DNA of 64,000 nucleotides from Pseudolabrys sp. (GTDB lineage Bacteria; Pseudomonadota; Alphaproteobacteria; Rhizobiales; Xanthobacteraceae), in assembly GCA_022843325.1 (NCBI GenBank), contig JALHNV010000008.1, positions 5,665 to 69,664 of the forward strand. Reading direction: 5' to 3'. Of the stretch, positions 39,301-48,344 are shown one piece after another. The position numbers were made by a program, and so were the translations under genes. Positions within the stretch are counted from its first letter, which is position 1; the number at the start of each line of letters is the position of its first letter. Under the pieces are notes generated by a model that was not told the origin of the DNA, made no database searches, and was given only the letters and a program-made list of their open reading frames with translations.

Positions 39301-40139
39301 TCCACCAAACAACGTCCGGCGTGGAAGGCATAAAGCCGATCCTGCCCCAGCATATGGGCGGTGAAGGCCAGCGTGCCGAACAGATCGGCGAAGGCAGCCG
39401 ACCGCACATTCAGCCCGCCGGTAAAAGCGCCGAAAGCCGGCATCACCATGCGCGTGCCGTCGGCGGCAAAGCAGCGGCGGCGGACGGCGCGGCCACGCTG
39501 CGATATGCGCGCCACCGGATGGAGGTGGCCGCAGACATCGCCGGCGGCGCCGGTCGGCAGATGGCGAAACGTCAGGGCACCGAGCGTCAGCGTGTCGTGG
39601 AATTCACCGCCAATGCCGGCGGCCGGTTCCGGGTCGTGATTGCCGGTGATCCAGATCCAGTCGCGGCCGCGCTGCAGACCATGGAGGCTGTCGCGGTCGG
39701 CCGCCGAAAGTCTTGCCGGCCCGCCGCCGTCGTGGAAGCTGTCGCCGAGCGCGACCACGCAACGCGGCGCGTAATGCGCGATCAGCCCCGCCAGCCGGGC
39801 CAGCGTCGCAGCGGTGTCGTAAGGCGGCAAGAACTGGCCGCGCGCGGCGTAGCTCGAGCCCTTCTCCAGATGCAGGTCGGCCACCACGAGCAGCCCGTGT
39901 TCGGGCCAATACAGCGCACCGGACGGGTCGGCGGCGAGCGCGATGGCCGCGACGACGATATCGCCTCGGTTGCTTCCTTCACCTCCCCCCTTGCGGGGGA
40001 GGTCGACCGGCGCAGCCGGTCGGGAGGGGGGTGAAAAAACATGCGCTGAAGTGGCAGCATGCCCCCCTCCCCAACCCTCCCCCGCAAGGCGGGAGGGAGA
40101 AGAAAGGCAGGCGCTTTGATTCAGCACAAAGCGTTTCAA
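39297..40139 (-). CDS. pdeM: Ligase-associated DNA damage response endonuclease (metallophosphoesterase)
   Basis: VADLHLEKGS, LGDSFHD, ITGNHD, GHLHP, MPAFG; TTG start overlaps the lhr TGA. Confidence 0.9.
   Translation of the reverse strand: MKRFVLNQSACLSSPSRLAGEGWGGGHAATSAHVFSPPSRPAAPVDLPRKGGGEGSNRGDIVVAAIALAADPSGALYWPEHGLLVVADLHLEKGSSYAARGQFLPPYDTAATLARLAGLIAHYAPRCVVALGDSFHDGGGPARLSAADRDSLHGLQRGRDWIWITGNHDPEPAAGIGGEFHDTLTLGALTFRHLPTGAAGDVCGHLHPVARISQRGRAVRRRCFAADGTRMVMPAFGAFTGGLNVRSAAFADLFGTLAFTAHMLGQDRLYAFHAGRCLVD
39979..40099. repeat. Family C palindromic element lying in frame within the pdeM 5' end
   Basis: ACCTCCCCC-cttgc-GGGGGAGGT, GACCGG-cgcag-CCGGTC and CCCTCC-cccgcaaggcg-GGAGGG hairpins. 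Confidence 0.85.
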
Positions 40140-42682
40140 CGCATCGCTTCCTTGATCAACTCGTCGGCGGCTTCCGCGAGCAAGACATCCGAGGCCTCGC
40201 CATAGACCGTTTCGCGGCCGATCTCCAGCATCACCGGAACCGCCAGCGGCGTGACGTGGTCGAGCGCTTTATGGACGATTCGCCTCCGCACGCGCGACAG
40301 CATTTCGCCGAGCCGCTTGATGTCGAGAAGGCCGGTGGCGGCGTCGGCGCGCGCCGCCCGCAGCAGAATATGGTCGGGCTGGTGTTTGCGCAGCACGTCG
40401 TAGACGAGGTCTGTGGACATCGTGAGCTGGCGGCGGGATTTTTCCTCGCCGGGGAACCGGCGTTCAATCAGCCCGGCGATGATGGCGCAACTGCGGAAGG
40501 TGCGCTTCATCAGCGCCGATTCGGCCAGCCATTCCTCCAGATCGTCGCCAAGCATGTCCTCGTCGAACAGCGCGCCGAGCGACAGCTCGCCGCGCGCGAT
40601 GCGCAGGCCGAGATCGCCGACGCCCCAAACTGCCAGCGCGTATTCATTGGCGACAAAACCGAGCGGCTTCATGCGCAGCCGCTCCAGCCGGCGCGTCAGC
40701 AACATGCCGAGCGTCTGGTGCGCCAGCCGCCCCTCGAACGGATAACAGACGAGGTAGTATTTCGCTGCGCGCGGAAACGTCTCGACCAGGAGATCGCCGG
40801 CCGGCGGCAGCAGCGAACGCCATTGCTGGATTTCCAGCCATTCGCGCACCTGGTCGGGCAGCGCGCGCCAGGCGCGCGGATCGGCCAGGATGCCGCGCAC
40901 GCGCGCGGCGAGATAGGTCGACAGCGGAAACTTGCCGCCCTCGTAGGCCGGCACTTTCGGATCGGTCGCCGTCGAGCGCGAGACATAGACCTCGTCCTCG
41001 ACCAGCGCCTCGTATTTCAGGATCTCGCCGGCGAACACGAAGGTATCGCCGACGCTGAGCATCTCGACGAAATATTCCTCGACCTGACCGAGCAGCCGGC
41101 CGCCGCGCGGGATCATCGACGTGTTGCGGCGTGACCGCACCAGCCGCACCTTCAGCATGTCGGCCTCGACGATGGTGCCGATATTCATGCGGTAGCGTTG
41201 CGCGACCCGCGGATGGGTGACGCGCCACTTGCTGTCCTTGCCCTGACGGATCTTGGCGAAGCGCTCATAAGCCTTCAGGGCATAACCGCCGGTGGCGACG
41301 AAATCGACCGCGGCGTCGAAGTCGGCGCGCGTGAGCGTCGCGTAAGGTGCCGCGGCCCGCACCTCGGCGAACAAGTCGTCGGACAAAAACGGCTCGCCGC
41401 AGGCGCGGCCGAGCACATGCTGGCACAGCACGTCGAGCGCGCCGGTGCGCAGCGGCGGCGTGTCCTGCGCATTGTCGGCCACGGCATCGATGGCGGCGCT
41501 GCATTCCAGCACCTCGAATCGATTGGCCGGTACCAGCACCGCCTTGGAAGGTTCGTCGAGCCGGTGATTGGATCGGCCGACCCGCTGCATCAGCCTCGAC
41601 GAGCCTTTCGGCGCGCCTATATTGATCACCAGATCGACGTCGCCCCAGTCGACGCCGAGATCGAGCGACGAGGTACACACCACCGCGCGCAATTTACCGG
41701 CGGTCATGGCGTCCTCGACCTTGCGGCGCTGCGCCACGTCGAGCGAACCGTGATGCAGCGCGATGGCGAGGTTGTCGTCGTTGACCCGCCACAGTTCCTG
41801 AAACATGAACTCGGCCTGGCTGCGCGTATTCACGAACACCAGCGTCGTGGTGTGGCGCTTGATCAGGTCGTAGATTTCGGTGAGCGCGTGGCGTGCCGAG
41901 TGGCCGGCCCAAGGCAGCCGCGCCTCGGTCTCCAGCATGGTCACCTGCGGCTGCGCGCCGGCCTGGGCGATCACCAGATCAGCCGCGTTTTCACCTTCGA
42001 GCGGCTGCGGCACCAGAAAGCGGCACAGTTCATTGGGTTCGGCGACGGTCGCCGACAGTCCGACGGTCGTCAGCCCGGGCACCAGCGCGAACAACCGCGC
42101 CAGCCCGAGCGACAACAGGTCCCCGCGCTTCGACGTGGTCAGCGAATGCAGTTCGTCCAGCACCACGCGCTTGAGCGTGCCGAACAGAAACGGCGCGTCG
42201 GCGGTCGCCAGCAGCAGCGCCAGTTGCTCGGGCGTGGTCAGCATGATGTCAGGCGGGTCGCGGCGCTGGCGCATGCGTTTTGATGCCGGCGTGTCGCCGG
42301 TGCGTGTTTCCAGCCGGATCGGCAGTCCCATGTCCCGGACCGGCGTTTCCAGGTTGCGGGCGATGTCGACCGCCAGCGCTTTCAGCGGCGAGATGTAGAG
42401 GGTGTGGAGACCCTGGCTGCGCCGGACATCGCGCCCCGCCGAGACCAGCGCCTTCGGTTGCGCCTGACGCGTGCTCAGCTCCACCAGCGTCGGCAGGAAC
42501 CCGGCCAGCGTCTTGCCCCCGCCGGTCGGGGCGATCAGCAGCACCGAGCGGCCCTGCTTGGCCTTCGCCAACAGCTCAAGCTGATGCGCCCGCGGTTCCC
42601 AGCCGCGGCCGGCGAACCAGCGAGCGAAAATGTCCGGCAGTAAATCGGGGGGCTCGGGCGGCGACAATCGCAGGGCTCTCAT
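40136..42682 (-). CDS. lhr: Ligase-associated DEXH-box helicase (Lhr-core)
   Basis: APTGGGKT, YISPLKALAVD, LDELH, GLSAT, SLDLGVD, QRVGRSNH. Confidence 0.93.
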   Translation of the reverse strand: MRALRLSPPEPPDLLPDIFARWFAGRGWEPRAHQLELLAKAKQGRSVLLIAPTGGGKTLAGFLPTLVELSTRQAQPKALVSAGRDVRRSQGLHTLYISPLKALAVDIARNLETPVRDMGLPIRLETRTGDTPASKRMRQRRDPPDIMLTTPEQLALLLATADAPFLFGTLKRVVLDELHSLTTSKRGDLLSLGLARLFALVPGLTTVGLSATVAEPNELCRFLVPQPLEGENAADLVIAQAGAQPQVTMLETEARLPWAGHSARHALTEIYDLIKRHTTTLVFVNTRSQAEFMFQELWRVNDDNLAIALHHGSLDVAQRRKVEDAMTAGKLRAVVCTSSLDLGVDWGDVDLVINIGAPKGSSRLMQRVGRSNHRLDEPSKAVLVPANRFEVLECSAAIDAVADNAQDTPPLRTGALDVLCQHVLGRACGEPFLSDDLFAEVRAAAPYATLTRADFDAAVDFVATGGYALKAYERFAKIRQGKDSKWRVTHPRVAQRYRMNIGTIVEADMLKVRLVRSRRNTSMIPRGGRLLGQVEEYFVEMLSVGDTFVFAGEILKYEALVEDEVYVSRSTATDPKVPAYEGGKFPLSTYLAARVRGILADPRAWRALPDQVREWLEIQQWRSLLPPAGDLLVETFPRAAKYYLVCYPFEGRLAHQTLGMLLTRRLERLRMKPLGFVANEYALAVWGVGDLGLRIARGELSLGALFDEDMLGDDLEEWLAESALMKRTFRSCAIIAGLIERRFPGEEKSRRQLTMSTDLVYDVLRKHQPDHILLRAARADAATGLLDIKRLGEMLSRVRRRIVHKALDHVTPLAVPVMLEIGRETVYGEASDVLLAEAADELIKEAMR

Positions 42683-42755
42683 TGATGGGGCCGGTTCCCT
42701 TCCGGGACGCACACCGTCACGATGACAATGACGGCCGGCGTACTATCTAAGCACG

Positions 42756-43787
42756 ATGCGCGCAGAAGACATCCTGGTTCCCGACCCCTCCGGCATTTGC
42801 TGCAAACCGGGCGGATTTCACATCGATCCGACCCGGCCGGTGGCGCGGGCGCTGATCACGCACGGTCATTCCGACCATGCGCGCGCCGGCCATGGCGCCG
42901 TGCTGGCGACGCAGGAAACGCTCGACATCATGCGGCTCCGCTATGGCGAGAACTTTGCCGGCTCAATGCAGGCGATCGGCTATGGCGAGTCGCTCGATAT
43001 CGGCGGCGTGCGCGTCAGCTTTCATCCGGCCGGTCATGTGCTCGGCTCGGCGCAGATCAAGGTCGAGGCCAAAGGCCTGCGCGTCGTCGCGGCCGGCGAC
43101 TACAAGGATGCCCCCGACCCGACCTGCGCGCCGTTCGAAACGGTCCCGTGCGACGTGTTCATCACCGAGGCGACGTTCGGCCTGCCAGTGTTCCGCCATC
43201 CTGACGCGCAGGACGAGGTCGCAAAATTATTGCACTCGGTGGCGCTGTTTCCCGAGCGCGCGCATCTGGTCGGCGCCTACTCGCTCGGCAAGGCGCAGCG
43301 CGTCATCGCGCTGCTGCGCGCCGCCGGTTACGACAAGACCATCTATCTGCACGGCGCGATGGAGAAGATCACCGCCTATTACCAGAGCCGCGGCATCGAC
43401 CTCGGCCCGGTTGAACTGGTGCGCGCGGCCAAGAAGGCGGAATTGGCCGGCACCATCACGCTGTCGCCGCCGAGCGCGATCGGCGATCTGTGGTCACGGC
43501 GATTCCCCGATCCGGTCGCGGCCTTTGCCTCCGGCTGGATGCGGGTGCGGGCACGCGCCCGGCAGCGCGGCGTCACGCTGCCGCTGGTGATCTCCGATCA
43601 CGCCGATTGGGACGGCCTCACCGCCACCATCGCCGCCACCGGCGCGCCGGAAATCTGGGTGACGCATGGCCAGGAGGACGCGCTGGTGCACTGGTGCCGG
43701 GCGCGCGGGTTGAAGGCGAGGCCGCTCGACATTATTGGATACGAAGACGAGGACGAACTATCATCTTCGACGATTGAAAATTTCTGA
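42756..43787 (+). CDS. Ligase-associated DNA damage response exonuclease (MBL/beta-CASP)
   Basis: ITHGHSDHA, AGHVLGS, TEATFGLP, SDHADW, THG. Confidence 0.92.
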   Translation: MRAEDILVPDPSGICCKPGGFHIDPTRPVARALITHGHSDHARAGHGAVLATQETLDIMRLRYGENFAGSMQAIGYGESLDIGGVRVSFHPAGHVLGSAQIKVEAKGLRVVAAGDYKDAPDPTCAPFETVPCDVFITEATFGLPVFRHPDAQDEVAKLLHSVALFPERAHLVGAYSLGKAQRVIALLRAAGYDKTIYLHGAMEKITAYYQSRGIDLGPVELVRAAKKAELAGTITLSPPSAIGDLWSRRFPDPVAAFASGWMRVRARARQRGVTLPLVISDHADWDGLTATIAATGAPEIWVTHGQEDALVHWCRARGLKARPLDIIGYEDEDELSSSTIENF

Positions 43788-43796
43788 GAGGAAACA

Positions 43797-44303
43797 ATGT
43801 TCGGCATCATGCGGCGGAGAGCTACCAACGATGCAATCCAAGCAACGTACCCAATAGTAAGAACTCTTGAGATGAGAGGCCCGCTGCCTTCTATATTTTG
43901 GCTCGACCCGTATATTCTAGGATACTTTTATATGACCATTGGCCTCTTCGCTAAAACTTCAAGCTCAAATAAGCTTGTGGGCGCAGATATGGGTCGATGC
44001 TTAATCGAGACTTTCACAACGATTTCGCAAAAGAACGGCGGAGAGATAGTCGAACATTGCAACAATTTAGTCATGGGCGGAGATAAAGACTTTCAAGCCG
44101 GCATTAGAGATGCTCAGAAAGTTGTTAATCTAACATTTGGCTCTCGTGAATTCGACCACGATTCCGACGTGCTTGAAGCCACGAAGCTAGCCGATGCGAT
44201 GGCAAATCCACAAGATCCGTTGGTGCCAAAAGATCGGCTGACAAGAATCGTCTCATGCCTGCAAATGAAAATTTACGAACGCATGAGAGGTCGATTCCGC
44301 TGA
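43797..44303 (+). CDS. Low-GC orphan protein inserted between exonuclease and ligase
   Basis: 168-aa ORF, GAGGA RBS, stop overlaps the ligase 5' end; about 40-50% GC by hand count of several lines, against strongly GC-rich flanks. Confidence 0.75.
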   Translation: MFGIMRRRATNDAIQATYPIVRTLEMRGPLPSIFWLDPYILGYFYMTIGLFAKTSSSNKLVGADMGRCLIETFTTISQKNGGEIVEHCNNLVMGGDKDFQAGIRDAQKVVNLTFGSREFDHDSDVLEATKLADAMANPQDPLVPKDRLTRIVSCLQMKIYERMRGRFR

Positions 44304-45988
44304 ACCGCTTCGCCGAACTGCTCGACCGCCTCGCCTATGAGCCGGCCCGCAACAACAAGCTGCGGCTGATCGCCGACTATCTGCGCCACACCGCCGATCC
44401 GGAGCGCGGCTGGGCCCTGGCAGCGCTGACCGGCGCGCTGACCTTCAAGCACGCCAAAGGCGGCATGATCCGCGCACTGATTGCCGAGCGCACCGATCCC
44501 GTCCTGTTCGCGCTGTCCTACGATTACGTCGGCGACCTGTCGGAGACGGTGGCGCTGATGTGGCCGGCCGATCCGGCGCACCGGCCCAATGCCGCGCCGA
44601 CGCTGACCGATGTCGTTGAAACCTTGTCGACCATCGGCAAGGCGCAGATGCCGGCGCAGATCGCGCGCTGGCTCGACGGCCTCGACGAGACCGGCCGCTG
44701 GGCGCTGCTCAAGCTGGTGACCGGCGGCCTGCGCATCGGCGTGTCGGCGCGCCTGGCCAAGACGGCGGCGGCGGCGCTCGGCGACAAGGCGCCGGACGAG
44801 ATCGAACTGGTGTGGCCGGGGCTGGCTCCACCCTACGCCGAGCTGTTTGCCTGGCTGGAGGGGCGCGCCGAGCGGCCGCTCAACACCGATCCCGCGCCGT
44901 TCCGGCCGGCGATGCTGGCACACGCGGTCGACGAGGCCGACATGGCAACGCTCGATCCGGCCGACTTCATGGCCGAGTGGAAGTGGGACGGCATCCGCAT
45001 CCAGGCGGTCAGCGGACTCGATGCCGATGGCCAGATGGTGGCGCGGCTCTACTCCCGCACCGGCGAGGACATCTCGAAAAGCTTTCCCGAACTGCTGACG
45101 GCGCTGCGCCGCCCCGGCGCCATCGACGGCGAACTGCTGATCCTGCGCGAGGGCCGCGTGCAGTCGTTCAACGTCCTGCAGCAGCGGCTGAACCGCAAAG
45201 CGGTGACGCCGAAGCTGCTGGCGGAATTCCCGGCCCATCTGCGCGCCTACGACCTGCTGGCCGAAGACGGCGACGACCTGCGCGCTTTGCCCTTCGTCGA
45301 ACGCCGCGCCCGGCTGACGCAATTCGTCGCCCAGCTCGACGACCCGCGCGTCGACCTGTCGCCGCTGGTGCCGTTCGCCACCTGGCCGGAACTGACCGCG
45401 GCGCGCGCCGATCCGGCCACCGCCGGCGCGGGCGCCGATGCCGCCGCGGTCGAAGGCGTCATGATCAAGCGCCGCGACGCGGCCTACGTGCCCGGCCGCC
45501 CCAAAGGTCCGTGGTGGAAATGGAAACGCGACCCGATGATCGTCGACGCCGTGCTGATGTATGCGCAGCGCGGCCACGGCAAGCGCTCGTCGTATTATTC
45601 CGACTACACCTTCGGCGTCTGGAGCAAAGGCGAGACCGGTGACGAACTGGTGCCGGTCGGCAAGGCCTATTTCGGCTTCACCGACGAGGAACTGATCCAG
45701 ATCGACCGCTTTGTCCGCCGCCACACGGTCAACAAGTTCGGCCCGGTGCGCGAGGTTTCGCACGAGGCGGCGCTCGGGCTGGTGCTGGAGGTTGCTTTCG
45801 AAGGGCTGCAACGCTCGACCCGGCACAAGTCCGGCATCGCCATGCGCTTTCCGCGCATCAGCCGGCTGCGCTGGGACAAGCCGCCCGGCGAAGCCGACCG
45901 GCTGGAAACGCTGGAAAAGATGCTGGCGCGGGACGCCATCGATGCAACGCCGGTACCGTCATCCCCCGCGCCGGCGAAGATCGCTTGA
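44300..45988 (+). CDS. ATP-dependent DNA ligase (cisplatin-damage-response type)
   Basis: EWKWDGIR (motif I Lys), IDGEL, EGVMIK, WWKWK, RFPRI. The conserved-looking N-terminus xNRFAELLDRL begins with CTG at 44300; alternative ATG at 44255. Confidence 0.92.
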   Translation: MNRFAELLDRLAYEPARNNKLRLIADYLRHTADPERGWALAALTGALTFKHAKGGMIRALIAERTDPVLFALSYDYVGDLSETVALMWPADPAHRPNAAPTLTDVVETLSTIGKAQMPAQIARWLDGLDETGRWALLKLVTGGLRIGVSARLAKTAAAALGDKAPDEIELVWPGLAPPYAELFAWLEGRAERPLNTDPAPFRPAMLAHAVDEADMATLDPADFMAEWKWDGIRIQAVSGLDADGQMVARLYSRTGEDISKSFPELLTALRRPGAIDGELLILREGRVQSFNVLQQRLNRKAVTPKLLAEFPAHLRAYDLLAEDGDDLRALPFVERRARLTQFVAQLDDPRVDLSPLVPFATWPELTAARADPATAGAGADAAAVEGVMIKRRDAAYVPGRPKGPWWKWKRDPMIVDAVLMYAQRGHGKRSSYYSDYTFGVWSKGETGDELVPVGKAYFGFTDEELIQIDRFVRRHTVNKFGPVREVSHEAALGLVLEVAFEGLQRSTRHKSGIAMRFPRISRLRWDKPPGEADRLETLEKMLARDAIDATPVPSSPAPAKIA

Positions 45989-46019
45989 CCGCCTTGACCT
46001 CTTTGCCACAGGTGATCAC

Positions 46020-46331
46020 ATGACAAACGACATCGACCGGACGGAGCGCCCCGTGGCCACCAACAACACCGTCAACCGCTTTTTCGGCGGCTCGCCGCTG
46101 GCGGTGATCGCGCGCCTGTTTTTGGTGTCGATCCTGGTCGGCGTGATCCTGCACGCGCTCGGACTGAACCCGTTCGATATTTTCTACAGCCTCGAGCGCC
46201 TGCTATTGTCGATCTGGCACATGGGCTTCGACGCCTTCAATTGGCTGTGGCGCTACTTCCTGCTCGGCGCGGTGATCGTCATTCCGATCTGGCTGCTGAT
46301 GCGGCTGGTGAACGCGCCCAGAGGCAAGTAG
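46020..46331 (+). CDS. Small membrane protein, DUF6460-like
   Basis: RFFGGSPLAVIARL...YFLLGAVIVIPIWL. Confidence 0.75.
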   Translation: MTNDIDRTERPVATNNTVNRFFGGSPLAVIARLFLVSILVGVILHALGLNPFDIFYSLERLLLSIWHMGFDAFNWLWRYFLLGAVIVIPIWLLMRLVNAPRGK

Positions 46332-46353
46332 CACGCCGCGTCCGTGGCACGAC

Positions 46354-47448
46354 CTACGTCGGCCAAGGCTCCGCCGTGATATCGGCGGCGTCAGTACCGA
46401 CCATCGAGGCGAGCGTCTCGCGCCGGCCGCGCTGCACCGCCGCGGTGAGGTCGGCCTTGATCTCCGACACCAGCCCGATGCCGCGATAGACCAGCGCCGA
46501 ATAGAGCTGCAGCAGCGTGGCGCCGGCCTTGATCTTGGCGATGGCAGTGGCGCCGGAATCGATGCCGCCGACGCCAATCAGCGGGAATATGCCCTCGGCG
46601 CGCACAAAGGTCTCCGCCAGCATCCGCGTCGAGAGCTTGAACAGCGGCTTGCCAGACAGACCGCCCGCCTGCTTGGCCGTCTCACGGTCGCGCAGCGACG
46701 GCGGCCGTGAAATCGTGGTGTTGCCGACGATCATGCCGTCGACGCGATGCTTGCGGGCGATGCCGACGACGTCGTCGAGATCGTTCAGCGTCAGGTCGGG
46801 GGCGATCTTCAGCAGCACCGGCGTCGGGCCGGCCCGTGGGCGCACCCGTTCACGGGCGTCGATGACCCGCCCAAGCAATTCGTCGAGCGCCGAAGCCTGT
46901 TGCAAATCGCGCAGACCCGGTGTGTTGGGAGACGACACGTTGACCGTGAAATAGCTGGCGACCGGCGCGAAGGTTTCGATCAGCCGCACGTAATCTTCGG
47001 TGCGGTCGGCCGAATCCTTGTTGGCGCCGATGTTGACGCCGACAATGCCGCCCGCCTGCGCACGCGCGGCCAGCCGGGACAGCACCACTGGGGCACCTTC
47101 GCCGTTGAAACCGAGCCGGTTGATGACACCGCCATCGGCGGCGAGCCGGAAGACCCGCGGCCGCGGATTGCCGGCCTGGGGGCGCGGCGTCACGGTCCCG
47201 ACCTCGACGAAACCGAAGCCGAGCCGCAGCAGCGCGTCGGGGGCCTGGGCGTTCTTGTCGAAACCCGCGGCGATCCCCACCGGATTGGGGAAGTTAAGCC
47301 CGAAAGCCCGCACCCCGATTTCGCTGGCGTCGGCCGTGGCCTGCGGCAGCGGCATGAAGCGCAGCGCTTTGACGGCCAGACCGTGGGCGTCCTCGGGGTC
47401 GAGGAAACGCAGCAGCGGACGCGACAGGCTCTCGAACAGTCCAAGCAC
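46354..47448 (-). CDS. pyrD: Quinone-dependent dihydroorotate dehydrogenase
   Basis: AAGFDK, INRLGFN, NVSSPNTPGLR, LLKIAPD, GGLSG. Confidence 0.95.
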   Translation of the reverse strand: MLGLFESLSRPLLRFLDPEDAHGLAVKALRFMPLPQATADASEIGVRAFGLNFPNPVGIAAGFDKNAQAPDALLRLGFGFVEVGTVTPRPQAGNPRPRVFRLAADGGVINRLGFNGEGAPVVLSRLAARAQAGGIVGVNIGANKDSADRTEDYVRLIETFAPVASYFTVNVSSPNTPGLRDLQQASALDELLGRVIDARERVRPRAGPTPVLLKIAPDLTLNDLDDVVGIARKHRVDGMIVGNTTISRPPSLRDRETAKQAGGLSGKPLFKLSTRMLAETFVRAEGIFPLIGVGGIDSGATAIAKIKAGATLLQLYSALVYRGIGLVSEIKADLTAAVQRGRRETLASMVGTDAADITAEPWPT

Positions 47449-47625
47449 GAATGGTAACTCCGGGGGCCGGCGAAACGGCCTGTATGAGACCCTAGCGGCG
47501 CGGCGACGGAATATTCAAGGCTCGCCGCAGGAAACAGTTGCATTCGGGGGGCGACTCGAGGGTATCATTCCTAATGGTGGATATCAGTCTCAAAACGGTG
47601 GCGCCCCGGCGCTACGGAGAAACCC

Positions 47626-48255
47626 ATGCTGACACATAGCCAAATCTGGAATGCCATTGACCGGCTCGCCGCCCGATCGGGACTGACGGCATCCGGCCTC
47701 GCCAAGAAGGCAGGCCTCGATCCTACCACCTTCAACAAGTCCAAGCGCATCACGCCGGAAGGCCGGCCGCGCTGGCCCTCCACCGAGTCGGTCGCCAAGT
47801 CGCTGGCGGCAACCGGCACCAAGGTCGAAATCTTCGTCGGCCTGATCGGCGACGGCGCCAAGCCCTCGCTCTCCAGCGTGCCACTGATCGGGCTGGCAGA
47901 GGCCGGTGCCGGCGGCTTTTTCGACGATGGCGGCTTCCCGGTCGGCAAAGGCTGGGAGGACGTCCCCTTCCCCTCCGTGTCCGACGAACATGCGTATGCA
48001 CTGGAGATTTCCGGCGACTCGATGAAGCCGGCCTATCGCGACGGCGACGTGATCATCGTTTCGCCGGGCACGCCGGTGCGCAAAGGCGACCGGGTGGTGG
48101 TCAAGACCAAAAATGAAGAGGTCATGGTCAAGGAGCTGAAGCGCAAGTCCACCAAGCACATCGAGCTCAAGTCGCTGAATTCCGAACACCGGGATCGGAC
48201 GATCCAGATGTCGGACGTGCTGTGGATCGCCCGCATCGTCTGGGCCAGCCAATAG
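47626..48255 (+). CDS. XRE-HTH plus S24 peptidase-like transcriptional regulator
   Basis: GLAKKAGLDPTTFNKSKR HTH; ISGDSMKP (Ser) and VKEL (Lys) dyad. Confidence 0.88.
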   Translation: MLTHSQIWNAIDRLAARSGLTASGLAKKAGLDPTTFNKSKRITPEGRPRWPSTESVAKSLAATGTKVEIFVGLIGDGAKPSLSSVPLIGLAEAGAGGFFDDGGFPVGKGWEDVPFPSVSDEHAYALEISGDSMKPAYRDGDVIIVSPGTPVRKGDRVVVKTKNEEVMVKELKRKSTKHIELKSLNSEHRDRTIQMSDVLWIARIVWASQ

Positions 48256-48344
48256 GCCAGCCGCCCGGCCGGCCGGATGGAACTTTTCTGGCCGGCGATG
48301 GAACTTCGCGCTATGATTGTCCCCTCACAACGCAGGGGCGTTCC

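Noticed and set aside
47626-48255. Prophage inferred from the CI-like repressor
   Set aside because: Flanked by pyrD, a CA-like gene and lysS; no integrase, structural or replication genes.
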